From contig NC_081387.1 in assembly GCF_030684315.1 (NCBI RefSeq), positions 9,506,822 through 9,570,821 of the forward strand: a DNA stretch of 64,000 nt, in the 5' to 3' direction. The DNA is from Stegostoma tigrinum. Lineage: Eukaryota. The notes under the pieces were generated by a model. It did not search any database, was not told the origin of the DNA, and saw only the letters and a list, made by a program, of their open reading frames with translations. Made by a program: the position numbers and the translations under genes. This document shows positions 24,700 through 36,528 of the stretch, piece by piece (the stretch's first letter is position 1; each line of letters opens with the position of its first letter).

Positions 24700-26940
24700 G
24701 CAAGGAGGCAAAGGGCATGGTGTGAAATGGAAAGTTTTAGTCAAATTCCTAGTCTCTGCTGTCAGGAACAAGTCCTTCAACACTTCCAATTTGTTGCAAT
24801 GTGGCACCATATCCAATGCTTTCTGTACAACATCGACGGCACAAACCATATCCACTGCATGTGCCACTTTGCCAAACAGCTCAATCAAATTTGTAAGACG
24901 TGAAAACCTCTTGACAAATCCATGTTGATTGTCCAATATTTACCTATTTTCCCCCTGTGTGATTACCTCTATCTATTTTCCCACTATTGATGTCAAGCTG
25001 AAATGCTTGTAGCTTCCTGGTTATCCTTTCCCCAACAACAGTGTCACATTTGCAATCTCTCTGTTCCCCCAGAAGTAATTCTATGTTGAGAGAAACCTGG
25101 AAAATTTCCGTCACCAGCTTTGCAATTTGTTCCCTAACCATTCTCAGCAGTCTAGGATTAATCCCAAAAAGCCTGGTGACTTCTCTATCTGGAATGCTGT
25201 CACCCTCTTTAGCATCTCTTCTTTATCTATCATTATACTGCTCAGTTGCTTAACACTTACGTTTTCAGCTCGACCACTGCCAGCATCTTCTAATTTAGTA
25301 AAAACTGCGGCAAAATATTAAGTTTGTACATTTATCATATTATTTTCTTCAGTGAGCAGCCTACCCTGTTTGTCCCCAATGGGCCAATCTATCATAGATT
25401 CGTAGAGCCATAGAGCATGGAAACAGACTCTTCGTTCCTATAGTCTATCTTGACCATGTTCACAAACTAAACTAGGGCCCGCATCTCCCCAAATCTTTCT
25501 TTATCATGTACGTATCCAAGAGTCTTTTAAATGTTGTAACTGTACCTGCAAAAATCAGCTCCTCTGGCGGATTATTCCACACACTAACCAAACTCTATGT
25601 GTAACAAAAGTTTCTGCTCATGTCTTTTTAAATCTTCCTCCTCTCACATTAAATGAAGTCCCCGAGCCTTGCACATTAGATAAAAGACTTGTGCTATTAA
25701 TCTTAACTGTGCCTCTCATGATTTTACAAAACATCTATAAGAATGCCCTTCAACATCCAACATTCCGGTGAAATTAAGTCCCAGTCTATCCAGCCGATTT
25801 TTATAACACAAACCCTTCATTCGCAGCAACATCCTGGTAAATCTTTTCAGTGCCCTATGTAGTTCCATAATATCCCTCCTATAACAGGATGATGAGAACT
25901 GCACACTATACCTCAGAAGAGGTCTCACCAAAAACCTGTACAACCTTAACATGGCATCTCCAGTCCTATAATCAAAGGTCTGAGCAATGAGGGCAAGCAT
26001 GTAAAAAGTCTTCTTATCTACCTTGTCTACTTATGACACAAATTTCAAAGAATGATGGTGCGGTCTCTCTGATCATCAATTCTACCCAGGGTCATACCAT
26101 TCGTTCTTCATTATCCTTCACTAATCTTTAATTATTAATGTTTGAAGAACAGTTTTTTTGTTTATTTCAGAGCAGTCTGCCATGCTTTCATTGTGTTTCT
26201 CCTTAGCCTTCATCATTCCAGCCTCCATCTCGACCTCCATTTGATATACTTTTTTTTGACGTGGATTGCTATTAGTATTCTGGTATGGATAAAATGCCTC
26301 TTTTTTCATACTTATTTTCTCACCAGTACAGTTGGGCATCCTGGGTGCACTGTTATTTAGTATCAAGTTTTGCATGGGTATGTACCTAACTTGCCCTCTA
26401 TTCCATTTATTTTAGGAAATTCCCCTATTTTACATTCACTGTTTTTCAAACAAAAACCATGTTCAATTGACGTGCTACAGTTCACTTTTAATTCCCTAAA
26501 ATTTGTCTCTTTCCAATCTGGGTTATTAATCATTGACTGATTTTTATTTTTTTAACTTATTCCAACTTAAATGTTAAACCTAGCTATATTATGACCACTT
26601 TTTCTCAAATGCTCCCGCACTTCCATATTGTCCTATTCCCTGCCTTATTTCCTATGACCAGATTCTACACAACTCCCTCCCCGATAGAAGTGGAAATGTA
26701 CTGTCCTAGGAAATCCACCTGCAAAATTTGCAGGAATTTCTCCCCTTCAAATTTCTGCCTTTTTTACTCTATGGTAATTGAAATCACCAACGGTTGCAAA
26801 CCGACTTAGCTTGCAGATTTCTATAATCTGCCTACTCATGAAATCTTCTACTTCTGCCCCACTATTTGGGTATCTAGAATAAATACACAGAAAAGTGATT
26901 GTTCCCTTCATTTTTCTCACCTCTATTCATGTCGACTCTA
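24700..26940 (-). mobile_element. Patchwork of old CR1 LINE fragments
   Basis: NQHGFVK..RLTNLIELF..KALDMVPH and LYRFLVRPLLRYSVQFSS..FTRML remnants, with a CR1 3' tail near 25395. Confidence 0.75.
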
Positions 26941-26959
26941 ATTCAGTAACTACAGTATG

Positions 26960-28005
26960 TTCAAGGACAATAATATCATGCAAGTGGTAGTGTTGGACAA
27001 GCGAATGGAGCTAAAGAAGACCAAATCTCCTGGCTCCGATGGGATGCATCCCAGGGCACTAAAAGAGATAGTGAGAGAAATAGCAAATGAGCTTGAGGTA
27101 ATTTTTCAAAGTTCCTTGGACTGTGGGGCAGTTCCAGCAGACTGGAGACAGTAAATATGACATAGAGATAACACGGTGTTGAGCTGGATGAATACAGCAG
27201 ACCAAGCAGCATCAGGGGAGCAGGAAAACTGACATTTCAGATCTGGGCTTCTTCTGAAGGAGGGTCCAGATCCAAAACATTAGCTTTCCTGCTCCTCTGA
27301 TGCAGCTTGGCCTGCTGTGTTCATCCAGCTCTAGACCTTGTCATCTCAGATTCTCCAGCATCGGTAGTTCCTACTATCTCTGAAGCAAGTGTGATGCCAC
27401 TGTTTTAAAACATAAGTTAGTTAAAAGGATGGAGAGTTATAGACTGGATAGTTTAAAATATGTAGTAGGGAAAATGCCTGAATCTGCCATCAAGGAAGAA
27501 ATAACAAGACATCGAGACACAAATTGTGCCATTGGGAAGATGCAACATGGGTTTGGGAAGGGCATATCATGTTTACATAGTTTAGGAAAATTTTGCGAAG
27601 ACATTATGAACATGGTGTAAAACGGGGTAAAACGGAGATGTGGTAAATCAAGATTTCCGAAAGATATTCAAAAAGTTGTTACACAAAGGGCTGTTGTATC
27701 AGTTAATAGTGTACAGCGTTACAAGCAATTTATTAGCATGGACAGATGATTGGTGAACTAACAGAATGCAAAGAGTGGGGATAAGTGATCAGTGACTAGT
27801 GGCGTGCCTCAGCGATCACTTTTGAGCCAACAATTGTTCACAATTTGCATAAATGACTTGGAGTTGGAGACTATGTGTAGTGTGTGAAACTTTACAGATG
27901 ACGCTAAGATGAGTCATGGACCAAAGTGTGCAGAGGACTATGGAAGTTTGCACAGGGAAATAGATTATTTCAGTGAATGAGCAAATGACTGACAGATGTG
28001 GATAA
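26960..28005 (+). mobile_element. Old CR1 RT fragment hosting two later insertions
   Basis: KSPGSDGMHPRALKE..VPADWR and QHGF remnants; continues at ~31863 (tattttggtagg). Confidence 0.75.
27163..27382. mobile_element. Palindromic Penelope-terminus-derived element
   Basis: Inverted arms ~27165-27250 and ~27255-27347, homologous to the Penelope terminus at 22090-22219; decayed hammerhead core in the centre. Confidence 0.75.
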
Positions 28006-31000
28006 ATAGAACATAGAACATAGAACATTACAGCACAGTACAGGCCCTTCGGCCCTCGATGTTGTGCCGACCTGTCATACTGATCTCAAGCCCATCTAAC
28101 CTCCACTATTCCATGTAGGTCCATATGCTTGTCCAATGATGACTTAAATGTACCTAAAGTTGGATAATCTACTACGGTTGCAGGCAAAGAGTTCCATTCC
28201 CTTACGACTGTCTGAGTAAAGAAGCTACCTCTGACATCTCTCCTATATCTTTCGCCACTCAATTTAAAGCTATGCCCCCTTGTGCTCGCCATCACCATCC
28301 TAGGAAAAAGGCTCTCCCTATCCACCCTATCTAACCATCTGATTATTTTATATGTTTCAATTAAGTCACCTCTCAACCTTCTTCTCTCCAATGAAAACAG
28401 CCTCAAGTCCCTCAGTCTTTCCTCGTAAGACTTTCCCTCCATACCAGGCGACATCCTAGTAAATCTCCTCTGCACCCTTTCCAAAGCTTCCACATCTTTC
28501 TTATAATGCGGTGACCAGAACTGTACGCAATACTCCAAGTGCGGCCGCACCAGAGTTTTGTACAGCTTCACCATAACCTCTTGGTTCTGGAACTCGATCT
28601 CTCTATTAATAAAAACTAAAACACTGTACACCTTCTTAACAGCCCTGTCAACCTGGGTGGCAACTTTCAAGGATCTGTGTACATGGACACCGAGATCTCT
28701 CTGCTCATCTACACTGCTAAGAATCTTACAATTAGCCCTGTACTTTGCCTTCCGGTTACTCCTACCAAACTGCATCACCTCACACTTGTCTGCATTAAAC
28801 TCCACTTGCCAACTCTCAGCCCAGCTCTGCAGCTTATCTATGTCTCTCTGCAACTTACAGCAGCCTTCGTCACTATCCACAACTCCACCGACCTTAGTGT
28901 CATCTGCAAATTTACTAACCCATCCTTCTACGCCCTCATCCAGGTCATTTATAAAAATGACAAACAGCAGTGGACCCAACACCGACCCTTGCGGTACACC
29001 ACTAGTAACTGGTCTCCAGGATGAACATTTCCCATCAACTACCACCCTCTGTCTTCTTTCAGCAAGCCAATTTCCGATCCAAACTGCTATATCTCCCACA
29101 ATTCCATTCCTCCGCATTTTGGACAATAGCCTACTGTGGGGAACCTTATCGAACGCCTTGCTGAAACCCATATACACCACATCAACCGGTTTACTCTCAT
29201 CTACCTGTTTTGTCACCTTCTCAAAGAACTCAATAAGGTTAGTGAGGCCCTTCCCTTCACAAAACCGTGCTGACTATTCCCAATCAATTTATTCTTTTCT
29301 AGATGAAGATAAATCCTATGTCTTATAACCTTTTCCAACACTTTACCAACAACTGAGGTAAGGCTCACTGGTCTATAATTACCAGGGTTGTCTCTACTCC
29401 CCTTCTTGAACAGGGGAACCACATTTGCTATCCTCCAGTCATCTGGCACTATTCCTGTAGACAATGATGAGTTAAAGATCAATGCCAAAGGCTCGGCAAT
29501 CTCCGCCCTGGCTTCCCAGAGGATCCGAGGATAAATCCCATCTGGCCCAGGGGACTTATCTATCTTCACCCTCTGAAAGATTTCTAATACCTCTTCTGTG
29601 CGAACCTCAATCCCACCTAGTCTAGTAGCCTGTATCTCAGTATTCTCCTCGACAACATTGTCACTTTCTAGAGTGAATACTGTTGAAAAATATTCATTTA
29701 GCAATTTCCCTATCTCATCTGACTCCACACACAACTTACCACTACTATCCTTGATTGGGCCTAATCTTACTTTCGTCATTCTTTTATTCCTTAAATACCT
29801 ATAGAAAGCCTTAGGGTTTACCCTGATCCTATCCACCAACAACTTCTCATGTTTCCTCCTGGCTCTTCTGAGCTCTCTCTTTAGGTCTTTCCGGGCTACC
29901 TCGTAGCCCTCAAGTGCCCTAACTGAGCCTTCACATCTCATCCTAACATAAGCCTTCTTCTTCCTCTTGACCAGCGATTCCAGCTCCTTAGTAAACCATG
30001 TCTCCCGCGCTCTACATCTTCCTCCCTGCCTGACAGGTACACATTTATCTAGGACACACAGGAGCTTTTCCCTGAATAAGCTCCACATTTCTAATGTGCC
30101 CATCCCCTGCAGTTTCCTTCCCCATTCTATGCTCCCTAAATCTTGCCTAATCTCATCATAATTGCCTTTCCCCCAGCTATAACTCTTGCCCAGTGGTATA
30201 CACCTATCCCTTTCCATTACTAAAGTAAACATAACAGAATTGTGATTGCTATCACCAAAGTGCTCACCTACTTCCAAATCTAACACCTGGCCAGGCTCAT
30301 TACCCAGTACCAAATCTAATGTGACTTCGCCCCTTGTTGGCCTATCTACATACTGTGTCAGGAAGTCCTCCTGTACGCTCTGGACAAAAACTGACCCATC
30401 TATAGCACTCGAACTATAGTGTTCCCAGTCAATATCTGGAAAGTTGAAGGCCCCCATGACAACTACCCTGCTTCTCTCACTCCTATCGAGAATCATCTTT
30501 GCTATCCTTTCCTCTACATCTCTGGAACTATTCAGAGGCCGATAGAAAACTCCCAACAGGGTGACCTCTCCTTTCCTGTTTCTAACCTCAGCCCATACTA
30601 CCTCAGTTGACGAGTCCCCAAACATCCTTTCTGCAACTGTAATACTGTCCTTGACCAACAATGCCACACCTCCACCCCTTTTACCATCTTCTCTGTTCTT
30701 ACTGAAACATCTAAATTCCGGAACCTGCAACAACCATTCCTGTCCCTGCTCTATCCATGTCTCCGAAATGGCCACAACATCAAAGTCCCAGGTACCAACC
30801 CATGCTGCACGTTCACCCACCTTATTCCGGATGCTCCTGGCTTTGAAGTAGACACACTTCAATCCAACTTCTTGCTTGCCGGTGCCATCTTGCTTCCCTG
30901 AAACTTTATTTCAAACCACCCTACTCTCAACATTTTCTACAGTTGAACTACAATGTTGGTGCCCATCCCCCTGCTGAATTAATTTAATCCCACCCGAACT

Positions 31001-31862
31001 GCTTTAGCAAATTCCCCCCCCCCCCCCCCCCCACGATATTGGTACCCCTCTGGTTCAGGTGAAGACCATCTTGCTTGTAGAGGTCCCACCTACCCCAGAA
31101 ACAGCCCCAATTATCCAAGAATCCAAAACCCTCCCTCCTGCACCATCCCTGTAGCCACGTGTTCAACTCCTCTCTCTCCCTATTCCTCACCTCACTCGCA
31201 CGTGGCACGGGCAACAAACCAGAGACAACAACTCTTTTCATCCTAGCTCTCAGCTTCCATCCTAGCTCCCTGAATTTCTGCCTTAAGTCCCCGTCTCTCT
31301 TCCCACCTATGTCATTGGTGCCAATATGGACCACGACTTGGGGCTGCTCCCCGTCCCCCTTCAGGATCCCAAAACACGATCAGAGACATCATGCACCCTG
31401 GCACCTGGGAGGCAACACACCAACCGTGAGTCTTTCTCGTCCCCACAGAACCTCCTATCTGTCCCCCTAACTATGGAGTCCCCAATGACTAATGCTCTGC
31501 TCCTCTTTCCCCTTTCCTTCTGAGCAGCAGGGACAGACTGTGTGCCAGAGACTTGTGCCCCACTGCTTTCCACGGTAAGTTGTCCCCCTCCAACAGTATC
31601 CAAAACGGTATACTTATTGTTGAGGGGAATGGCCACAGGGGATCCCTGCACTGATTGCCGGTTCCCTTTCCATCCCCTGACCGTAACCCATCTGCCTTTT
31701 TCCTGTACTTGAGGAGTGACTACCTCCTGTAACTCCTCTCAATAACCCCCTCTGCCTCCCAAATGATCCGAAGTTCATCCAGCTCCAGCTCCAGTTCCCT
31801 AACGCGGTTTTCAAGGAGCTGGAGTTGGGTGCACTTCCCGCAGATGTAGTCAGCAGGGACAC
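28006..31862 (-). mobile_element. Young, near full-length CR1 (HER1-type) LINE: ORF1 zinc finger/leucine zipper plus SGNH esterase; ORF2 APE endonuclease plus RT
   Basis: ORF1 pieces YICGKC..LELEL, VIGDS, HIGTND, DGLHLN. ORF2 30862->28086 with [20 protein letters not shown], broken by a 4-nt deletion near 29248 relative to the 54.3 kb copy. (GTTCTAT)n tail at 28006. Confidence 0.95.
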
Positions 31863-32104
31863 TATTTTGGTAGGAATACAAAAGAAAATGATGAATATTT
31901 GAGTGAGGGAAAGTGCAAGTCGGCGAGCAAGGAAGGGGAATTGAGAGTATTTCAGTAAGGGAGAAGGAAAATTCTGGAAGTGAGAGGTAGAGTGAAAGTT
32001 ATTGAGTGAGGAAGGAGTGAGAGTCAGTGACTGATGGCGTGGACTGAGAGTTTCTCACTCTCTCTCTCGATTCCTGCACTGACGGCTCTTCCTCTCTCCC
32101 TCAG

Positions 32105-32364
32105 ATGCTCCTCTTGTGTCCTTTAGCCATCTGGGTAATCCTAACTGGCTCTCCTTTCCCGTCGCTTGTTTATCCTCAAGTTATTGAAGTGATTCTGTGC
32201 AGGGGCAAATATTGATTGATGGGAGTCTGTTTATTGGGATTTTACCTAATCATGACAGGACCTACCAGATTCGGAAATAGATAGAGTTTGATTCAAAGCA
32301 TCAGCCAAGTATTCCTCTCAGTTTGAGCACAGCAGCCTGGATGTGCAGGTGGTGGTGATTTATG
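32105..32364 (+). pseudogene. MHC class I alpha3 (Ig C1) exon, pseudogenised
   Basis: Acceptor ctctctccctcag then, across frameshifts, APLVSFSHLGNPNWLSF..YPQVIEVIL..LIDGSLFIGILPNHDRTYQIRK*IEFD..KYSSQFEHSSL..VVIY. PNxDxTYQ and YxCxxEHSSL are class I alpha3 signatures. Both Cys are lost and the donor is GT>AT. Confidence 0.88.
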
Positions 32365-32559
32365 ATAACACTCTTTCTCACTGTCAGAGAGGAAACCAGA
32401 CTCAAACCTGGATCGTGGACCAGTGCTGAGCTGATTCACCAGAAAATGTTAAGGATGGAAATAGAGGAGAGAAATAGATGTTACTGTTCAGTATGTCATA
32501 GTTGTCACAATGTTCCTGGAGGAATATGATCAAAAAAGATTTATGCTATGATGCTATGA

Positions 32560-33003
32560 CATGACAATATCTAATATAGCCTTGGAATTTAACATCCAGG
32601 ACCTGGTATGTCCTCAGATGCTGCAGTATGAACGAATATAATATGCAGAGGAATGTCTCAGAACATTATGGCACATATATCATGGCGTGTTGGGTTATGT
32701 CAGGACCCAGTTTACTCCAGGCTATTGTGTTACATTACCTTGCGGAACCTGGGATATCAAAATATGACAGGGCACAGTGTCACTTGAACTTATATATTAC
32801 AATTTCAACCTGGGAGGTCAGAATATGAATCGACCCAGTGTAGCCTGCAATATTACGTTATGACAGTACTTGATGTAACCTGGAATATTAGTGAATGACA
32901 GGACCTCATTGTAGCTTGGAACATTTTTCGTTATGACAATACTGAGTGTTACCTTAGATATAACAGCATGATAGTACAATTGTAGCTTGGAATATTACTA
33001 TAC
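32560..33003. repeat. Degenerate ~35-bp minisatellite
   Basis: Recurrent atgacag...tgtagc(c/t)tggaatatta units. Confidence 0.55.
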
Positions 33004-33221
33004 AGCAGTTAGCAGCACCACAACAGACTACAGAATAGATAAATCATTGACAAATCAACTTCCCACACAAACAAATGTGACACAGTGCAATTTGGCAGGA
33101 AAAACAGAGAAGCCACTCCTTCGCTTCAGGAAGGTGTTGCGTTGGTAGGTCAGAAACAAAAAGATTTCAAAGTACAAAGGGATTAACCATTTAAAATTGT
33201 ATAAAATCCAGATCATACATC

Positions 33222-34915
33222 GACCATGGAACTGTACAGAACAATACAAACCCTTTGGTTCACGATGTTGTGCCGACATGTAATCTTATGAAGATCAAAC
33301 TACCCTGTACACATTACATTATACTATCATCAATATGCCAATCTAAGAGTCGCTTAACTGTCTCTAAAGTATCTGACTCCACCACCACTGACAGTAGAGC
33401 ACTCCACACACCCACCAATATTTGTGTGAAGAAACTACCTCTGACAACTCCCCTACACCTTCCTAAAATCATCTTAAAATTATTAACCCTAAGAATAATC
33501 GTTTCCGCCCTGGGAAAAATGTCTCTGGCTATCCACTCTATCTATGCCTCTCATCATCTTGTACAACTCTTTCAAGTCATCTCTCATCATTCTTCGCTCC
33601 AATGAAGAAATCCCGAGCTTCCTCACCTTTTCCTTGTAAGACCTGCCCTCCAGTACAGGCGCCATCCTGGTAAATCTCTCTGCACACTTGCTGAAGCTTT
33701 CACATCCTTCCTACAATGAGGTGACCAGAACTGAACACAATATTCCTAGTGAGGTCTAACCAGGGTTTAATAGAGCTGAAGCATATCCTCATGGCTCTTA
33801 AACTCAATTCCCCTACAAATGGAAGCCTACACAACAAGCACCTTATTTACAACCTTATCAACTTGGGTAGCAACTTTGAGGGATCTATGGATGTGGACCC
33901 CATGTTTCCTCTGTTCCTCAACACTGCCAAGAATCCTGCTATTAACCCTGTATTCTGCATTCAAATTCGACCTAACAAAATGAATCACTTCACACTTTTA
34001 TGGGTTGAATTACATCTGCGACTTCTTTGCTTAACTCTGCATCCTATCAATGTGCCATTGCAAACTACAACAGCACTCCACTCTATTCAAAACTCCATCA
34101 ACATTTGTGCCATCAGCAAATGTAATAACCCACGCTTCTACTAACTCTTTCAAACATTTATAAAGATCACAAAGAGCAGATGCCCCAGCACAGGTCCCTG
34201 TGGAACACCACTCATCACCAAGCTCTAGCACTGAATGCGTTCCATCTACTACGATCCTCTGTCTTCCAGTGGATGGCCAGTTTTGTATCCAGACAGCCAA
34301 ATTTCCCTGAATCTCATGCCTCCTTACTTTATGAATTATCCTACTATGGGGAACCTTATCAAATGCCTTGCTAAAATCTACACACTCCACATCCACTGCT
34401 ATGCTTTCATCATTGTGTTTTGTCACATTCTCAAAGAATTCAATGAGGCTTTGTGAGGCATGACCTGCCCCTCACAAAGCCATACTGACTGTTCATAATC
34501 AGACTGTGCATATCCAAATAATCATAATCACTATCTCTCAGGATCCTCTCCAATGTTTTGACCACTGCAGAAATAAGGCTGACTTGTCTGCAATTCCCAA
34601 GATTTCCCTATTCCCTTTCTTGAACAAGAAAATGGCAGTTTCCACCCTCCATTCATCTGGTATTACTCCAGTGGACAGCGAGGACACGAAGATCATCATC
34701 AAAGGGGCAGCAGTCTCTTCCTTCACTCCCCGTAGAAACCTTGGGTTTATCATGTTTGGTCTCAGGGGCTTGTCTATCCTCATGATCTTCTTCAAAATTT
34801 CTAGCATATCCTCCTTCCTGATATCAACCTGTTCTAGCATATCTTTCTATTTCATACTGGCCTCACAAACACCAGGCCCCTCTCATTGGTGAATACTGAA
34901 ACAAAGTATTCATTA
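33222..34915 (-). mobile_element. CR1 LINE 3' part, intermediate age
   Basis: VDFSKAFDKVPH..FADG and IPDEWRVE..FKKGNR remnants, with a 3' tail at ~33222. Confidence 0.88.
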
Positions 34916-34919
34916 ATCA

Positions 34920-35470
34920 CAACATAGTGTGGAAAATCAATTACTGAATCCTATTTCTAGAGCAATAGAATTGTAAACCATGGACAGTTATGTTCGGCCT
35001 GTATGAAACCTTTGTTAAATAACATTTGGAGCGCTGATTATTTCTGGTCACTGATTTATCAAAATGTTTTTGCAGGCAGTGAAGAAGTGCAAGGAGGATT
35101 CATGAAGGTCATCTAGAAATAATTGGATTGCATATGCGATATGTTTGACAGACTGGGCCTCATTTTTCTCTCAGAAAAGAACGGTAGAAAAGATGATCTA
35201 AGATAGATCAGGAATGTTATGGAGGTTTGGAGAAAGTGGTACAAGGAAACAATTTCATCTTTGTGGAGAAGAGCATGACTAGAGACCATCAATATCAGAT
35301 AGTGACCAAGAAATGCATAAGGGAATTCAGGGGGATCTTATTCACTTCAAATTTGGCACAAATGTGGAAGTCATCAAAGCAGAGGAGTGGTTGAAGAGAA
35401 ACTGTAGAGATTAAAGGTATATGGAAACACTAGTTGTGCTAAATGGTCTGTTTCTGTGCAATGTATTTTC
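34920..35470 (+). mobile_element. Old CR1 3' fragment
   Basis: Degenerate RT C-terminus and tail aaatggtctgtttctgtgc. Confidence 0.55.
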
Positions 35471-35519
35471 TACAGTCCATGTTATTTCAGTCTCTCTATA
35501 TCTTGCTCCCTCATTTTCT

Positions 35520-36200
35520 TTTGTTTGTTCATGTGCTATGGTTGCTGCTGGGACAACTTTCACTGCCCACCCATAGCTGCCATTGACAATGTGCTAGTGA
35601 GCTACCATCTTGCAACACTGCAGGGCGTATGGTGTAGAGGAGCTCCAGCCTTTGAATGCACCCAAATTGAAGGAGCAGTGATGTATCAATGGTTTGAAGG
35701 GCAACTTGCAGGTGGTGGTATTCTTATGTATTTCTTCCTTTGTCATTTTACATGACTGTGGTTGTGGATTTAATTTTCTATGGAGTCTTAGAGAAATTCT
35801 GTAGTACATCTTTTAGATAGTACACACTGCTGCAAGTGAGTTTCGGTGGTTGAGGGAATGGATGCTTGTTGACATTTTGCCAGTGAAGCAGGATGCTTTG
35901 ACCTGGATGTCAAGCTTATTGAGAATTGTTGGAGCTGCACCAGAAAAATCGAGAGGCAGTCCATCACACATCTGGGTTACATTGTGGACAGTTTTTGAAG
36001 AACCAGGGTGTGAGTTATTCAGTGCTGAATTCTGAGCCTCTGATTTTGCTCTTTCCCCCAATGTATCTACCTGTTTGTTCATTTAGTTCAGTTTCTGATT
36101 AATGGCATAGTCAAGAATGTTGATAATGGAAGATTCAATAATGAAAATAAAATTGAGTATCAAGAAGTGATGTTCAGACTCTCTCTTGTTGGAGGTGGTC
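35520..36200 (-). mobile_element. LINE fragment of the same family as 45725-48057
   Basis: PLDFSGAAPTILNKLDIQVKA resembles PLAWICVASTTLKKLDTVQDK at 47.6 kb. Confidence 0.7.
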
Positions 36201-36438
36201 CTTACATGGTCCTTTTTCTCACAATCTGTCCTTCTTTATGTCATTCTTCGTTGTCTTTCTCATTGTCACTGTATCTTGTAAAGTCTCTCCTCTCTCCTTC
36301 TCTTGCTTTGAGTCTCCATCACCCTCTTGATATGATTATTTCATTCTTATTTACTCTCTCTCCCTTTCTCTCTTTTGATCTCATTCTCTTGTTTTCGCTT
36401 TCTCCTTCATTCTCTTTCTGGCTATCTATCTTTATCTG

Positions 36439-36520
36439 CCTCTCTCTCTCTCTCTCTCTCTCTCACTCACACACACACAAACACACACACACACACTCAC
36501 TCATTCACTCACTCACTCTT
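36439..36520. repeat. (CT)n(CA)n(CACT)n compound microsatellite
   Basis: Directly visible. Confidence 0.9.
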
Positions 36521-36528
36521 CACAACAG

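Noticed and set aside
24390-24700. Possible MHC class I alpha1/alpha2 remnant
   Set aside because: Only faint similarity (EF..V.Y.DG); needs an HMM search.
31013-31032. Poly-C run encoding poly-Gly in CR1 ORF1 (also poly-G at ~61158-61175)
   Set aside because: Homopolymer slippage or a sequencing length artefact; no evidence of function.
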